Below are positions 30,129 through 40,049 of a stretch of 64,000 bases of DNA, piece by piece. The translations under genes were made by a program, and so were the position numbers. Position 1 is the stretch's first letter; each line of letters starts with the position of its first letter. The stretch is from a virus: the IMG/VR virus record IMGVR_UViG_3300003155_000005, positions 1-64,000 of that record; one strand, written 5' to 3'. Under the pieces are notes generated by a model, which saw nothing but the letters and a program-made list of their open reading frames with translations, made no database searches and was not told the DNA's origin.

Positions 30129-32357
30129 ATGACTACATACTCAAAAAAATATTTCAATAAAGAGACTGGTAAATGGGAGCCTTTGTATTCAACAGAAGGA
30201 ATGTCTGCATATGAAACTGCAAAGTTAAATGGATATACAGGAACAGAAGAGGAGTTTAATAAAGTATTATCTAAAATACCAGTAATAATCTCATCAATTG
30301 AAAACTATCCTACTGAAGGAAGCAAAAATTTAATTACTTCTGGAGGAGTATATCAGGCATTAAAGGATTCAGAAACCTCTGCTGAGGAAACTCATCAAGA
30401 GCTCCTAAATGAAATTTCTAATGTAAATAGTACACTATCTACTGAAATTTCAACTGTAAACACTAATCTTACTACTAAGATTACTCAGATAGAAACAACT
30501 ACCATTCCTAATGCAATTAAGGCTGCAATTGTAGATAATTTAGACACAGAAGATTCAAATAAAGCTTTATCTGCAACTCAAGGAAAAATTTTAAAAACTA
30601 TGATTAGTAATTTAGCTAATCTTAGGATTGAAGTTGTGTCAGAACTTCCTGAAACTGGGGAAACTAATATAATTTACCTTGTTAAGAAGAGTGGAACAAA
30701 TCCTGATACGCACGACGAATATGTTTATGTAGAAGGAAGTTGGGAAAAAATAGGAAATACAGAAATAGATCTTTCTAATTATTATACAAAAGATCAAGTA
30801 TATTCTAAATCTGAAACCTATAACCAAAATGAAGTAAATGCTTTAATTACAGAAATTGAGGGAAATATTCCAACTATTCCTAATGTAGAAACCAGTATGT
30901 CTGGGTCTGGAAATGTTATTACTTCCATCGAAGTAGATGCTACTAATAAACATAAGATGAATGCAGTAAAAGGAATCTCTGTATATTCTAAAACTGAAGT
31001 AGATGAAAAATTATCTGATGAAAGTTTAGGAGATGTTATTGCAGAAGCTCCTTTTACGACAGCTGATAGAGTAATTATATCTGGAAGCGCAGGGAAAACT
31101 GTTAAAGATTCAGGAATTTTATTAACTAATCTTGCTACAAAGGAATTTGTAAATCAATTTGAGCCTGAGTGGAATAAAATAGCTAATAAACCTGAAACTT
31201 TTGTGCCTTCCGCACATACTCATACAATATCTCAAATAACGGATTTCCCAAAACTTGGGACACTGGCTTCTAAAGACAAAATTGATGAATCAGATCTTAA
31301 TTTTGATATACCTGAAGAAGTTACAATTGACTCTTCATTAAGTACATCTTCTGTTAATCCCGTTCAGAATAAAGTAATTACAGCAGCTTTGAATAATAAA
31401 GCCGAAGCTTCGAGTTTAAATAATTACTATACTAAATCTGAAGTTGATGAGAAGATTGGTTCAGCAGGAGATGTAATGGCTAGTGGAGATCTTGTTACTG
31501 ATTATATTATAGTCGGAGCAGGAACTAAATCTATCAAAAACTCAGGACAAACACTTTCTAATTTAGCATTAAAAAATGAAATTCCATCTTTAGAAGGTTA
31601 TGCTACTCAAAGTTGGGTTACAAATCAAGGATATTTAACAACTATACCTGCAGCTACCAGTAGTTCATATGGAGGAATTCAAATTGGATACTCGACAAGT
31701 GGTAAAAACTACGCAGTACAATTAAGTAATGGTAAAGCATATGTTAATGTTCCTTGGACTGATACCAATACTACATATAGTGCTGGTACTAATATTAGTA
31801 TTAGTGGTACTACAATTAATTGTACATATGCTTATACTTTGCCAGCCGCAACTAGCTCCTCATTGGGTGGAGTTAAAATTGGAAGTAATATTACAGTAGC
31901 TTCTGGAACTATATCATTAACTAGCGGAAATGTGACTTCAGCTTTAGGTTACACACCTGCAAAAACTAGTGATATCCCAGAAATTCCTATTGCATTACCT
32001 AATCCTTATGCATTAAGTATTATTGCGGGAGGATCAACTACTAAGTATACAGGATCTTCTGCATCTAATCTTAATTTAGATAACATTTTTGCTAAAACCT
32101 TATCAAGTGTAGATACCCCAGGTAAAGTGGGTATATTTTATGGGGATGCATCAGCATATTCAGTAAATAATGTATATGTAACAAGTAATAATCCTGATGC
32201 AGTTATTGTAGTTCCTACAGCTACAACTGTAACATTTGGAAGTAATTATGTAATAATGGATGGATTAGATGTGTTATCTGGAGGAAGTTATAAATGTTAT
32301 TGTATAACCTATATTAAGGTTGGATTAGTTCTAGTTAATGGTGCCATTTATGGCTAA
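30129..32357 (+). CDS. tail fibre protein (742 aa)
   Basis: ATG 30129 is preferred over GTG 30102. Shares the YYTK(D/S)(Q/E)V, PSAHTH and IALPNPYAL modules with the other fibres. Confidence 0.7.
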   Translation: MTTYSKKYFNKETGKWEPLYSTEGMSAYETAKLNGYTGTEEEFNKVLSKIPVIISSIENYPTEGSKNLITSGGVYQALKDSETSAEETHQELLNEISNVNSTLSTEISTVNTNLTTKITQIETTTIPNAIKAAIVDNLDTEDSNKALSATQGKILKTMISNLANLRIEVVSELPETGETNIIYLVKKSGTNPDTHDEYVYVEGSWEKIGNTEIDLSNYYTKDQVYSKSETYNQNEVNALITEIEGNIPTIPNVETSMSGSGNVITSIEVDATNKHKMNAVKGISVYSKTEVDEKLSDESLGDVIAEAPFTTADRVIISGSAGKTVKDSGILLTNLATKEFVNQFEPEWNKIANKPETFVPSAHTHTISQITDFPKLGTLASKDKIDESDLNFDIPEEVTIDSSLSTSSVNPVQNKVITAALNNKAEASSLNNYYTKSEVDEKIGSAGDVMASGDLVTDYIIVGAGTKSIKNSGQTLSNLALKNEIPSLEGYATQSWVTNQGYLTTIPAATSSSYGGIQIGYSTSGKNYAVQLSNGKAYVNVPWTDTNTTYSAGTNISISGTTINCTYAYTLPAATSSSLGGVKIGSNITVASGTISLTSGNVTSALGYTPAKTSDIPEIPIALPNPYALSIIAGGSTTKYTGSSASNLNLDNIFAKTLSSVDTPGKVGIFYGDASAYSVNNVYVTSNNPDAVIVVPTATTVTFGSNYVIMDGLDVLSGGSYKCYCITYIKVGLVLVNGAIYG

Positions 32358-32364
32358 TGAATCA

Positions 32365-32414
32365 AAAATTTTTTGGTGCAAGAATTTTAGTATTTTTTGC
32401 ACCAAAAAATTTTG
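32365..32414 (+). terminator. long hairpin terminator after the fibre array
   Basis: AAAAATTTTTTGGTGCA ... TGCACCAAAAAATTTT forms a ~16-bp stem. Confidence 0.6.
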
Positions 32415-32441
32415 ATATTATAAATATATTTTCTACTTTTG
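32411..32441 (+). promoter_or_regulatory. Bacteroidota-type promoter (-33 TTTG, -7 TACTTTTG 32434..32441)
   Basis: Both boxes present with a 19-nt spacer, upstream of ATG 32467. Confidence 0.5.
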
Positions 32442-32466
32442 TAGAGATAGAAAAAATGAAATTTTA

Positions 32467-32775
32467 ATGGTTATGAAAATGAATGTTGCAACCAGATTAG
32501 CTATTTTAACTAATCTGCCAGAACAAGGAAGTGTTCTTGAGATGATTTCTTCTAGAAATATCCGCAAGAAAATAGACTTTTCAAGTGAAGAAATTACTGC
32601 TCTAAACTTGAAAGAGGCTGATGGAAAAATTTCATGGACTCCAAACGTAGAGGACATTGAAGTTGAGTTTAATGATTCTGAGACAGAGTTCTTACGAACT
32701 GTTATAAATATAATGGATCAGAAGCATGTCATTACAGATAATATTCTTGATTTTGTAGAGTTGATTCAAAATTAA
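32467..32775 (+). CDS. hypothetical protein (102 aa)
   Basis: Complete ATG..TAA ORF. Confidence 0.55.
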   Translation: MVMKMNVATRLAILTNLPEQGSVLEMISSRNIRKKIDFSSEEITALNLKEADGKISWTPNVEDIEVEFNDSETEFLRTVINIMDQKHVITDNILDFVELIQN

Positions 32776-32982
32776 GTTTATTCTACTACATATTTAATTT
32801 TAAAGTTATATCATATAACGCAAAACAAGTTCTTTGAGGGTTTATACATACAAGGATTCGAGAATATGTTTTGTAGTGATATAGTATCAGACTGAGGGAA
32901 GATTTTAACGAAAATTCGTAATTAGACAAGGTGAGTTCCCAAAATGTCCATGTATGATGTTATAAAACGTGTTATTTGATAA

Positions 32983-33011
32983 CTATACTGAATTCAGTAT
33001 AGGATTTTTTT
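32983..33011 (+). terminator. palindromic hairpin plus T-run
   Basis: CTATACTGAATTCAGTATAG is a perfect palindrome, followed by GATTTTTTT. It lies 26 nt before ATG 33037. Confidence 0.55.
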
Positions 33012-33036
33012 CATTAACTTTAAAATTAAACAAATT

Positions 33037-34694
33037 ATGGACGTAGTAGAAAAACAGATTGTACATGAGTACGACGAAAATCACAAGGAGTATGCATCAA
33101 AAGGTGTTGCTGGTACTGGATTAGGCTTAATATACTAGGTCCTTATAATAGTAATATTATATGCAAAACTCCCTTAATTGCTGGAACCTCCAGAAATGGA
33201 CAATCAGCAGCTAAGCTTTATGTTCCCACAATACTTGTTTGTTCCAATTATTCTTTATATCTTTGTATATTAATAATTTAAATTTTTATTATGATAAGAG
33301 GTATAATTTATAAATATACATCACCTTCAGGTAAAGTGTATATTGGGCAAACAATTAATGAAAAGGATAGAAGAAAACACTTTTTAATTCAGAAACTTAG
33401 CTATGGCGGTATTAAAATTGATACTGCACGTGCAAAGTACAATCCAGAAAATTTTAAATATGAAATTTTGGAAACAAGATTTTATATGACGAAGAAAGCT
33501 GCTGCTAAAGAGTTAGATATATTAGAATCGTATTATATTGGCTTATATGATAGTTATAAATATGGTTATAATATGACACTTGGTGGCGGAACAACAACTG
33601 GATTAAAATTTACTGAAGAACAAAAAGAAAAATGTCGAAAGAGAATGTTAGAACATAATCCATTTAAAGGAAAACGACATACTCAACAGACAAAGAATAC
33701 TATCTCTAATGCTAATAGTATCCCTGTAATACAGATAGATCCAATAACAAATGAAGTAATTAAAGAATTTAAATCTGCAAGAGAAGCAGCAAGATCTTTT
33801 GGTAAAGAACGATCAAATTCTGAAATTATAAAAGTTTGTAAAGGATATATCTCTCCATCAGGAAGACATTATAATACAGCATTAGGTTTTAAATGGAAAT
33901 ATAAAGAAAGTTCAACGACTATCTCGGAAGAGAGTAGCACTAAGTAGTGCGAAATGGGGAGCATCCAAATTGGATGAAGATATAGTCTTAACTACATGTA
34001 TATATAAAGATGTAGAAGTTCATAAGAGAACTGCATAAGATTAACGACCTTATGTGAAAATATTGTAGGTATCGCTGGAACTGCTCTTGGACTTTTAGCT
34101 CTTAGTGGAAGAGGCTTATTTGGCCTTGGAAATGCAGGCAGTGCTGCAGCAGGTGCATTAGCAGCTGAAGCTATTACTGGAGGCCCTACGGCTTTCCAAG
34201 CTTGGCAACATTCTTGCAATGCTAAGTTAGCAGATCAAAAAGCACTTTATGATTTTGCTTTGTTATCAGCAAATGCTCGTTTTAATGATCGTCAAACGAT
34301 CAATTCAGAGATGTTTGGTTTATACAAAAGCCAAATTGATGCAGATTTCGGACTGTACAAAAATCAGAGAGACCAATTCGACGTATTAGCCGATCGTATT
34401 GGAAAACTTGAGACTGCTGCTGCTGTACAAGCTGCTGTAGAACCTTGGAGAAGTAAAGTAACTAAGATGGAGATTGCTAATGTAGCTGGCATGGTAGGAC
34501 TTGAAGCTGAGCGCAGAATGTGTGCTGACAATAAGATAGTAAATTATGCAAATAATACATTCTATCCTATTCGTATAGCTGCTGTTGAAGTAGGTACAGA
34601 TACAGTACAGCGTTCACTGTATAATCCACTTTGCCCTTGCTCAGGATACTCAAATAGCATCTTATTTGAGCCTACAACAACTCCTGCAGCTTAG
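33037..34694 (+). CDS. Gly/Ala-rich membrane-associated protein, two exons (about 33037..33127 and 34066..34694; ~239 aa)
   Basis: Exon 1 is MDVVEKQIVHEYDENHKEYASKGVAGTGLGL. Exon 2 is GIAGTALGLLALSGRGLFGLGNAGSAAAG...QAWQHSCNAKL..., continuous with track ORF 34260..34694. 91+629 = 720 nt. A junction 6 nt upstream (ending 33121) is also in frame. Confidence 0.6.
33128..34065 (+). mobile_element. group I intron 3 (~938 nt) carrying a GIY-YIG endonuclease
   Basis: Interrupts an otherwise continuous Gly-rich reading frame. Ends ...AAAATATTG like the terL introns. The 3' segment CATCCAAATTGGATGAAGAT...ATAAGAGAACTGCATAAG resembles their 3' cores, and the 5' CCTTATAATAGTAATAT resembles intron 1. Confidence 0.6.
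33291..33947 (+). CDS. GIY-YIG homing endonuclease (intron 3 encoded)
   Basis: MIRGIIYKYTSPSGKVYIGQT...YGYN has the GIY..YIG motifs plus a C-terminal NUMOD/IENR-like DNA-binding repeat (EFKSAREAARSFG). Confidence 0.8.
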   Translation: MIRGIIYKYTSPSGKVYIGQTINEKDRRKHFLIQKLSYGGIKIDTARAKYNPENFKYEILETRFYMTKKAAAKELDILESYYIGLYDSYKYGYNMTLGGGTTTGLKFTEEQKEKCRKRMLEHNPFKGKRHTQQTKNTISNANSIPVIQIDPITNEVIKEFKSAREAARSFGKERSNSEIIKVCKGYISPSGRHYNTALGFKWKYKESSTTISEESSTK

Positions 34695-34712
34695 TTAAAA
34701 TCTTAGTTTAAG

Positions 34713-35177
34713 ATGTATCCTGTAAATCAAGTTTTCCTAGGTAATCCAGATCCATTATTGGCTTCTGATATTACCGATCAACTTCAAAGGGTAAAGGCCT
34801 ATGAATCTCAATTAATGCAATTACAGAAAACAGCTACAAAAGAGCTTATTTGAGATTCTATTGATAATGAAATGAACACTTTAACCGAAAGTCAAAAGAA
34901 TCGATTCTTTGAAGATAAAGAATATAGTGAAATCACTACCTCTCTTCAAAAGATGGTTCAAATAGAGCTTTTAAACTTAGTTAAAGCTAAAATTGAGAAT
35001 ACACAAGAAGGTAAAGAGTTATTACAAAAACAGTTATCAATTGTTAAGAAGTTGAAGACTAAGATCGTCCAAGAGACTGACAATGAGATGGCTATCTTTA
35101 ATAAATTCCGCGAATTTTCTAAGGATAACCCAAGTCTAACCTATGAAGAATTCTGTAAGCAATGGCGCAACATGTAG
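34713..35177 (+). CDS. hypothetical coiled-coil protein (154 aa)
   Basis: ATG 34713 is joined to track ORF 34872 through TGA 34851. Confidence 0.5.
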
Positions 35178-35539
35178 ACGTTATAATGAATAATTTGCGA
35201 AATTTTGTGAGTGTTAAATTAACCTCGTTATCGCAAAACAATCCTATGATGGCTTTAATAAAGCCCTTAGCATCTAGAGTGATTGATAATAACATGTACA
35301 AAGTTGAAACTTTGCTAAAACAGATTTCAGATAAAGATGGATTAGTTGATATTGAAGGTATCTTAACAGAAATGTCAGATAATATTATCAATACCAAACC
35401 ATTTAAAGTGGAAACTGGATTACTTGGGCAACTTGAAATAGGTGCAGGAAAAATAAAGATGGATATCCCAATGGTTAATAAATCTTTGGTTTTGAATCAA
35501 CAAGATCTAAATGAATTAAAAGACATGCTATCGCATTAG
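35162..35539 (+). CDS. hypothetical protein (125 aa)
   Basis: Complete ATG..TAG ORF. Confidence 0.55.
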   Translation: MAQHVDVIMNNLRNFVSVKLTSLSQNNPMMALIKPLASRVIDNNMYKVETLLKQISDKDGLVDIEGILTEMSDNIINTKPFKVETGLLGQLEIGAGKIKMDIPMVNKSLVLNQQDLNELKDMLSH

Positions 35540-35551
35540 AAATCAGAAGAT

Positions 35552-35592
35552 GGAAAGGAATGGTATTTTTTATATCATTCCTTTCTTTTTTA
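35552..35592 (+). terminator. rho-independent terminator
   Basis: Stem GGAAAGGAATG / CATTCCTTTC followed by TTTTTTAT. Confidence 0.65.
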
Positions 35593-35613
35593 TAAGATAT
35601 ATAAAGTTATATA

Positions 35614-37353
35614 ATGTCTGACCCAATATATAAAAATTCAGTAAGTCTTGGAAATAGTAAATCGGATGTAATTATAAATACAGCAGGAAAAGTAATTATT
35701 AAAGTTAAGGATAGGTATTATACTTTGAACTATAATACTGATTCTGGAAAAACAGAAGAAAAAGAAACAGAAATTTTAACTGACTTAATTATTCTTAAAA
35801 CTGACAGTGAAGTTGAAGAAGTAATTAATACACTAACTAAAGATAGTGTAATTATTACTGCTGAAAACACTATGTATTTATATTTAGACAGTGCCATTTA
35901 TCCATTTGATTTTAATAATACAGGCAGTACGGTCTTTAATGACCTTACAGTTAATAATAAGCTTTCTATAAATGGAACTCTTGAAATAAAAAGTTCTAGT
36001 TTAGTTCAAAATTTAAATGCACAATATTTAAATGGAAATACAGCTGATGTTTTTGTTAGAGTAAATTTACCTCAAACAATATCTGAGACATGAACTTTTG
36101 TTAGTAATATATTCTTTAATAAGGGTATCAGTGACCCTGCACAAAAAACATTATTAGATTTTGAAACCAGCAGTTTAGTTATTGATAATATAACTGTCAA
36201 AAATTTAACTGTCACATCTGAAGAAAATTCTGAAGATAATGAGGCAGATGATAATAGTATAGAAATTGATTATATAAAAGCACAAACTTTTTTAGGCGAA
36301 GGTTCAAAAATTCTCTCTTCTGAGGAATCTTTAAAAGAAGAGGTTAGTTGAAATGAAAACTGGGCTAATGGTGGAGATGCTATTATTGAACTTATAATTA
36401 ATGCTATTAACGAGGAACAATTGGAAGAGCATTACACAAATGAAGAAGATGATAGTTACTCCTATTATGTAAATAGACTTTTAGATGTTAGTACAAATTC
36501 CTCGTTTTCAGATTTAATATCTGCAACAGAAGATATGTTTTATGAAAATGATGAAACAGAAGATATTCCATATCAATCCTATTATTATAGACCTAAAAAT
36601 ATAGATTCTGTGTGAGTAAATACACCTTATGGAGATTCTTCAAATGCTAAAATAGGAATATATGATAATTGGTTTGATAAAAATAATTATACAACAGAAT
36701 TAGCTACATTTACAGGATTAATATGAAACATAGAGCTTTCAGGTAATCCATATAAAATTGGGGAAGAAGTAAAGTATGAAACTGATTTTGGAACAATATA
36801 TGGATTAGTTACTAAATCTTCGGAAAAAAGAGTTGTGATTATTACAGATGGAGAAGATTGTGATGCATTATATGAACAAGATAGTAATGAATATGAAACT
36901 TGTTATACTAATTATACACCAATTACAAATTCAGTATTGCTGCCAGCTAAATCTGGACAATCTGTTATAGGTAATATTTCAGGTATAGAAAATTCTATCT
37001 TTGGAACTTTAGAAGGCTATGGTTTAACATCTGAAGGTAATTGTTACTTTGTAAATCCTGGAATTGCATTAGTTAATACTGAGGGGTTAAATTACTTAAA
37101 GTTATATAATAAAGAACAATCCTTTATTGGTATTAATAAAAAAAATGAAAAGTGAATTACTATTGAAACAAATGGAGGATGTGATTTACAGAGGGATAAG
37201 ATGTATAATATTAATAATCACATTTCATTTTGTAATTTTGGACCATTAGTAGTTCAAGAGGATGGTTCTGCAACAATTGGCAGCGGAGAAACTCAAATTA
37301 CTATTACTGCAGATGGCAAAGTTCAAATTCCAGAAGCATGTATTCTGAAATAA
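35614..37353 (+). CDS. structural protein (579 aa)
   Basis: Track ORFs 35614, 36421 and 36835 share one frame through about 6 TGAs. Ends at TAA 37351-37353. Confidence 0.6.
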
Positions 37354-37372
37354 AAAATATTCCATTATTTTA

Positions 37373-37404
37373 TTTGGACATTTAAATAAATGTGGTTATA
37401 TTTG
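37373..37404 (+). promoter_or_regulatory. Bacteroidota-type promoter (-33 TTTG 37373..37376, -7 TATATTTG 37397..37404)
   Basis: 20-nt spacer. Same extended sequence as the promoters at 3810 and 9110. Confidence 0.55.
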
Positions 37405-37447
37405 CAGCGAATAGATAATCTATAACTAATAAGGAAAAATAGGAAAT

Positions 37448-38512
37448 ATGCAATTTGAACACAATCAATTTGATAATTTGCTGGATGACGAAGTCGTTGA
37501 AGGAGTAAATACAGAAACTCAAGAAGAGATTATTGAACCAGCACTTAATTCTACTGAAGGAGAGGAAGAAGAACCTTCCACTTCTGAGGGAGAACAAGAA
37601 GAAACAGAAGAAGAAAATGATCTGGATGCATTTTCGACTTTCTTAAAGAATAGGGGAATTCGAGATGGGAAAACTATCATTTATGAAAATGAAGAGACTG
37701 GAGAAACTGAAGAGGTAGACTTTGAAACTCTAAGTAAGGAAGAACAGCTTTCAATTCTTGAATCTCTAACTGATCCAGGTCTTTCAGAAGATGAAATTGA
37801 GACTATCAATCTACTTCGTAAGACAAATTCATCATTTCAAGATATAATTGCTTATTATCAACAACAGGCTATTGATGAGTATAAAGCCAAAAATAGTGGA
37901 CAAGAAACTTATACTGTTGATAGTTATTCTGATGATGAGCTATATTTGGCCGATCAAAAAGCCAAATTTCCAGAAATGACTGAAGAAGAATTAAAAATTG
38001 AATTAGATGTAGCTAAATCTAATGAAGATCTCTTTAAAAAGAAAGTAGATTTAATTAGAAAACAATATAAGGAACAAGAAGAAAATCATATCAAGGAGCA
38101 AGAAGAAGCTGAGAAAAAGCAACAGGAGGCCTACCAAAATATGTTTGTAGATACATTAAATGGATTTAATTATATTTCTTTGGATTATAAAGATCCTAAG
38201 AGTGATAGTTTAATTCTTGAAGAAAAAGATAAGAATCGGATCTACGACTATGTATTTAAACAAACTCCAGAGGGAATGACTAAATTTGTTGAGGATTTAT
38301 CAAAACCCGAGGTAATAGTTGAGCTAGCTTGGTATAGATTATTTGGCAAAGATGCAATTTCAGACATTAGTAATTATTGGAAAGAAGAGCTGAAGAAAAC
38401 TCGTAAATCAACTCCAGCAAAACCAAAATCTAATGTTACTGTTAAAAAAGACACTAAATCCCAATCACAACAGGGGACCTCTCTTAGTTCCAAATGGGAC
38501 GAACTATTATAA
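37448..38512 (+). CDS. highly acidic protein (354 aa), scaffolding-protein candidate
   Basis: Glu/Asp-rich with coiled-coil character, directly upstream of the putative capsid gene. The functional call is positional. Confidence 0.55.
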   Translation: MQFEHNQFDNLLDDEVVEGVNTETQEEIIEPALNSTEGEEEEPSTSEGEQEETEEENDLDAFSTFLKNRGIRDGKTIIYENEETGETEEVDFETLSKEEQLSILESLTDPGLSEDEIETINLLRKTNSSFQDIIAYYQQQAIDEYKAKNSGQETYTVDSYSDDELYLADQKAKFPEMTEEELKIELDVAKSNEDLFKKKVDLIRKQYKEQEENHIKEQEEAEKKQQEAYQNMFVDTLNGFNYISLDYKDPKSDSLILEEKDKNRIYDYVFKQTPEGMTKFVEDLSKPEVIVELAWYRLFGKDAISDISNYWKEELKKTRKSTPAKPKSNVTVKKDTKSQSQQGTSLSSKWDELL

Positions 38513-38538
38513 ATAAAATAAAATAAATAATTTAGTAT

Positions 38539-39954
38539 ATGAGAATTACAGGTTTTACTACCATACGCCCTGAAATGGCTTCTACAAGAACGTATGAAGA
38601 CTTTTCGAAGTTCTTAGGCGCTAATCCTGCCAGACTAGGTATTGTATCGTCATTATATGATCAGTATACAGCATCTTATCTTACAGAGTCGCTGATGAAC
38701 ATTTATACGATGGAGAAAGATCGTAAGAATGCATTCCAATCAGTTAACTCATTCATGGTTGAGTGGGATATTGATGTGAATTTTATCAAACGTGTTCCTT
38801 TCTTATCTGTACCAGAAGGCGATGGTGCACAGGGAACAGACATCGTAGTTCATTTCCCTGAGAACTACTATCAAAAAAATGACGTGTTTATTATCGAAGG
38901 TTCACGTCAGCAATTAATCGTTCTTAGCCGTCCAGTTCGCAGAAGCGATGCTGACTTTGAGCTGATTTGTAAGATTCAGGATTCTGACTATTCTGCAACG
39001 CTAGATCTCTCAGCTTGCCAGCCTGGTATGAATACCCGTTTCTTAACAAACTATCAGCCTGAGCTGCATGAGGAAGGTTATACGAAATATCAGAGCAATA
39101 CTGAGAAACATAGAACTTTCATCTCAATGCACCGTTGTGATGTTTCCTACTCAGCTAAATATGCTGCAATGGAAGATCAGTTTATCACAATTGGTAAGGG
39201 TGATGGAAAAGATGATGTAACATATAAGATGAATCCTGCTGCTAAGGATTGTTTGGATACTTTCATGTTAGCTCGTAACAACTCATTACTTTGGGGTAAA
39301 ACTAACGTAGATAAGTATGGCAAAGCTAAGATTTTTGATCCAGAAACTGGTCAGCCTATTATCTCTGGTGATGGTATTATTCCTCAGATTGAGCGTTTTG
39401 CAGGTAAATATATCTTTACAAAACTGAATATGCGTGTCTTTGAGACTGCTCTGCAGGCAATGGTTGCTAAGTCAGAGAAGCCTACTGGAAATCAGTACAT
39501 CTTCATTTGCAATACTGCAATGTGGAATGACGTTCAAAGAGTAATGTCAAATTGGATTCGTGACTACAAGACTAATGGTGCATTTATTTATTCAAAGGCT
39601 ACTAATGGTTACATTAATCTTGGTGCAACCTACAATGCATATGAATTTGCAGGTAACACTATTGCATTCAAGATTGACCGTTCCTTTGATATTGAGTTCC
39701 CATCTCCTCGTAGATTTGGTATCTTCCTTGACTTAACAGCTGACGGAAAAACTGGACGTCCTGCACTTTCTATGTTCACATTCAAAGGTCTGCAGATTGT
39801 TCATAACTGGTTAACTGGTCCTGGTGGACGCGATGGTAAGTCAGGTGGAGAGGTTTCAACTCCTGTTGCAGGAGCTAAACTCATCAACTGGGGATATGCT
39901 GGAGTAGGTGTATTCAATCCTTACAGATCGTTCATCCTGATGTCAGAGAACTAA
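38539..39954 (+). CDS. major capsid protein candidate (471 aa)
   Basis: Locally higher GC and distinct codon usage (CTG, CGT, ATC). No TGA; all six Trp are TGG. Follows the scaffold-like gene and is followed by a strong hairpin. Not verified by homology. Confidence 0.6.
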   Translation: MRITGFTTIRPEMASTRTYEDFSKFLGANPARLGIVSSLYDQYTASYLTESLMNIYTMEKDRKNAFQSVNSFMVEWDIDVNFIKRVPFLSVPEGDGAQGTDIVVHFPENYYQKNDVFIIEGSRQQLIVLSRPVRRSDADFELICKIQDSDYSATLDLSACQPGMNTRFLTNYQPELHEEGYTKYQSNTEKHRTFISMHRCDVSYSAKYAAMEDQFITIGKGDGKDDVTYKMNPAAKDCLDTFMLARNNSLLWGKTNVDKYGKAKIFDPETGQPIISGDGIIPQIERFAGKYIFTKLNMRVFETALQAMVAKSEKPTGNQYIFICNTAMWNDVQRVMSNWIRDYKTNGAFIYSKATNGYINLGATYNAYEFAGNTIAFKIDRSFDIEFPSPRRFGIFLDLTADGKTGRPALSMFTFKGLQIVHNWLTGPGGRDGKSGGEVSTPVAGAKLINWGYAGVGVFNPYRSFILMSEN

Positions 39955-39968
39955 AAAGAAATGTGTGA

Positions 39969-39996
39969 AAGATTCCCCTTGTAATAGGGGAATCTT
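39969..39996 (+). terminator. hairpin downstream of the capsid gene
   Basis: Stem AAGATTCCCCT / AGGGGAATCTT. There is no clear T-run, so terminator function is uncertain. Confidence 0.4.
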
Positions 39997-40049
39997 ATCA
40001 CCATTAAATAGATTATATGATGTATAGATAAATTTGAATAAGACAAAAT

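Noticed and set aside
22074-32357. Diversity-generating retroelement acting on the fibre genes
   Set aside because: No reverse transcriptase ORF and no template/variable repeat pair with adenine-specific differences were seen. The repeats present are module duplications.
32776-33036. Possible suppressor tRNA in the non-coding gap
   Set aside because: I tried to fold a cloverleaf around GGATTCGAGAAT and the CAAAACA/TGTTTTG stem. The span is too short (~54 nt) and there is no T-arm or D-arm complementarity. No tRNA was recognised anywhere in the window by eye.
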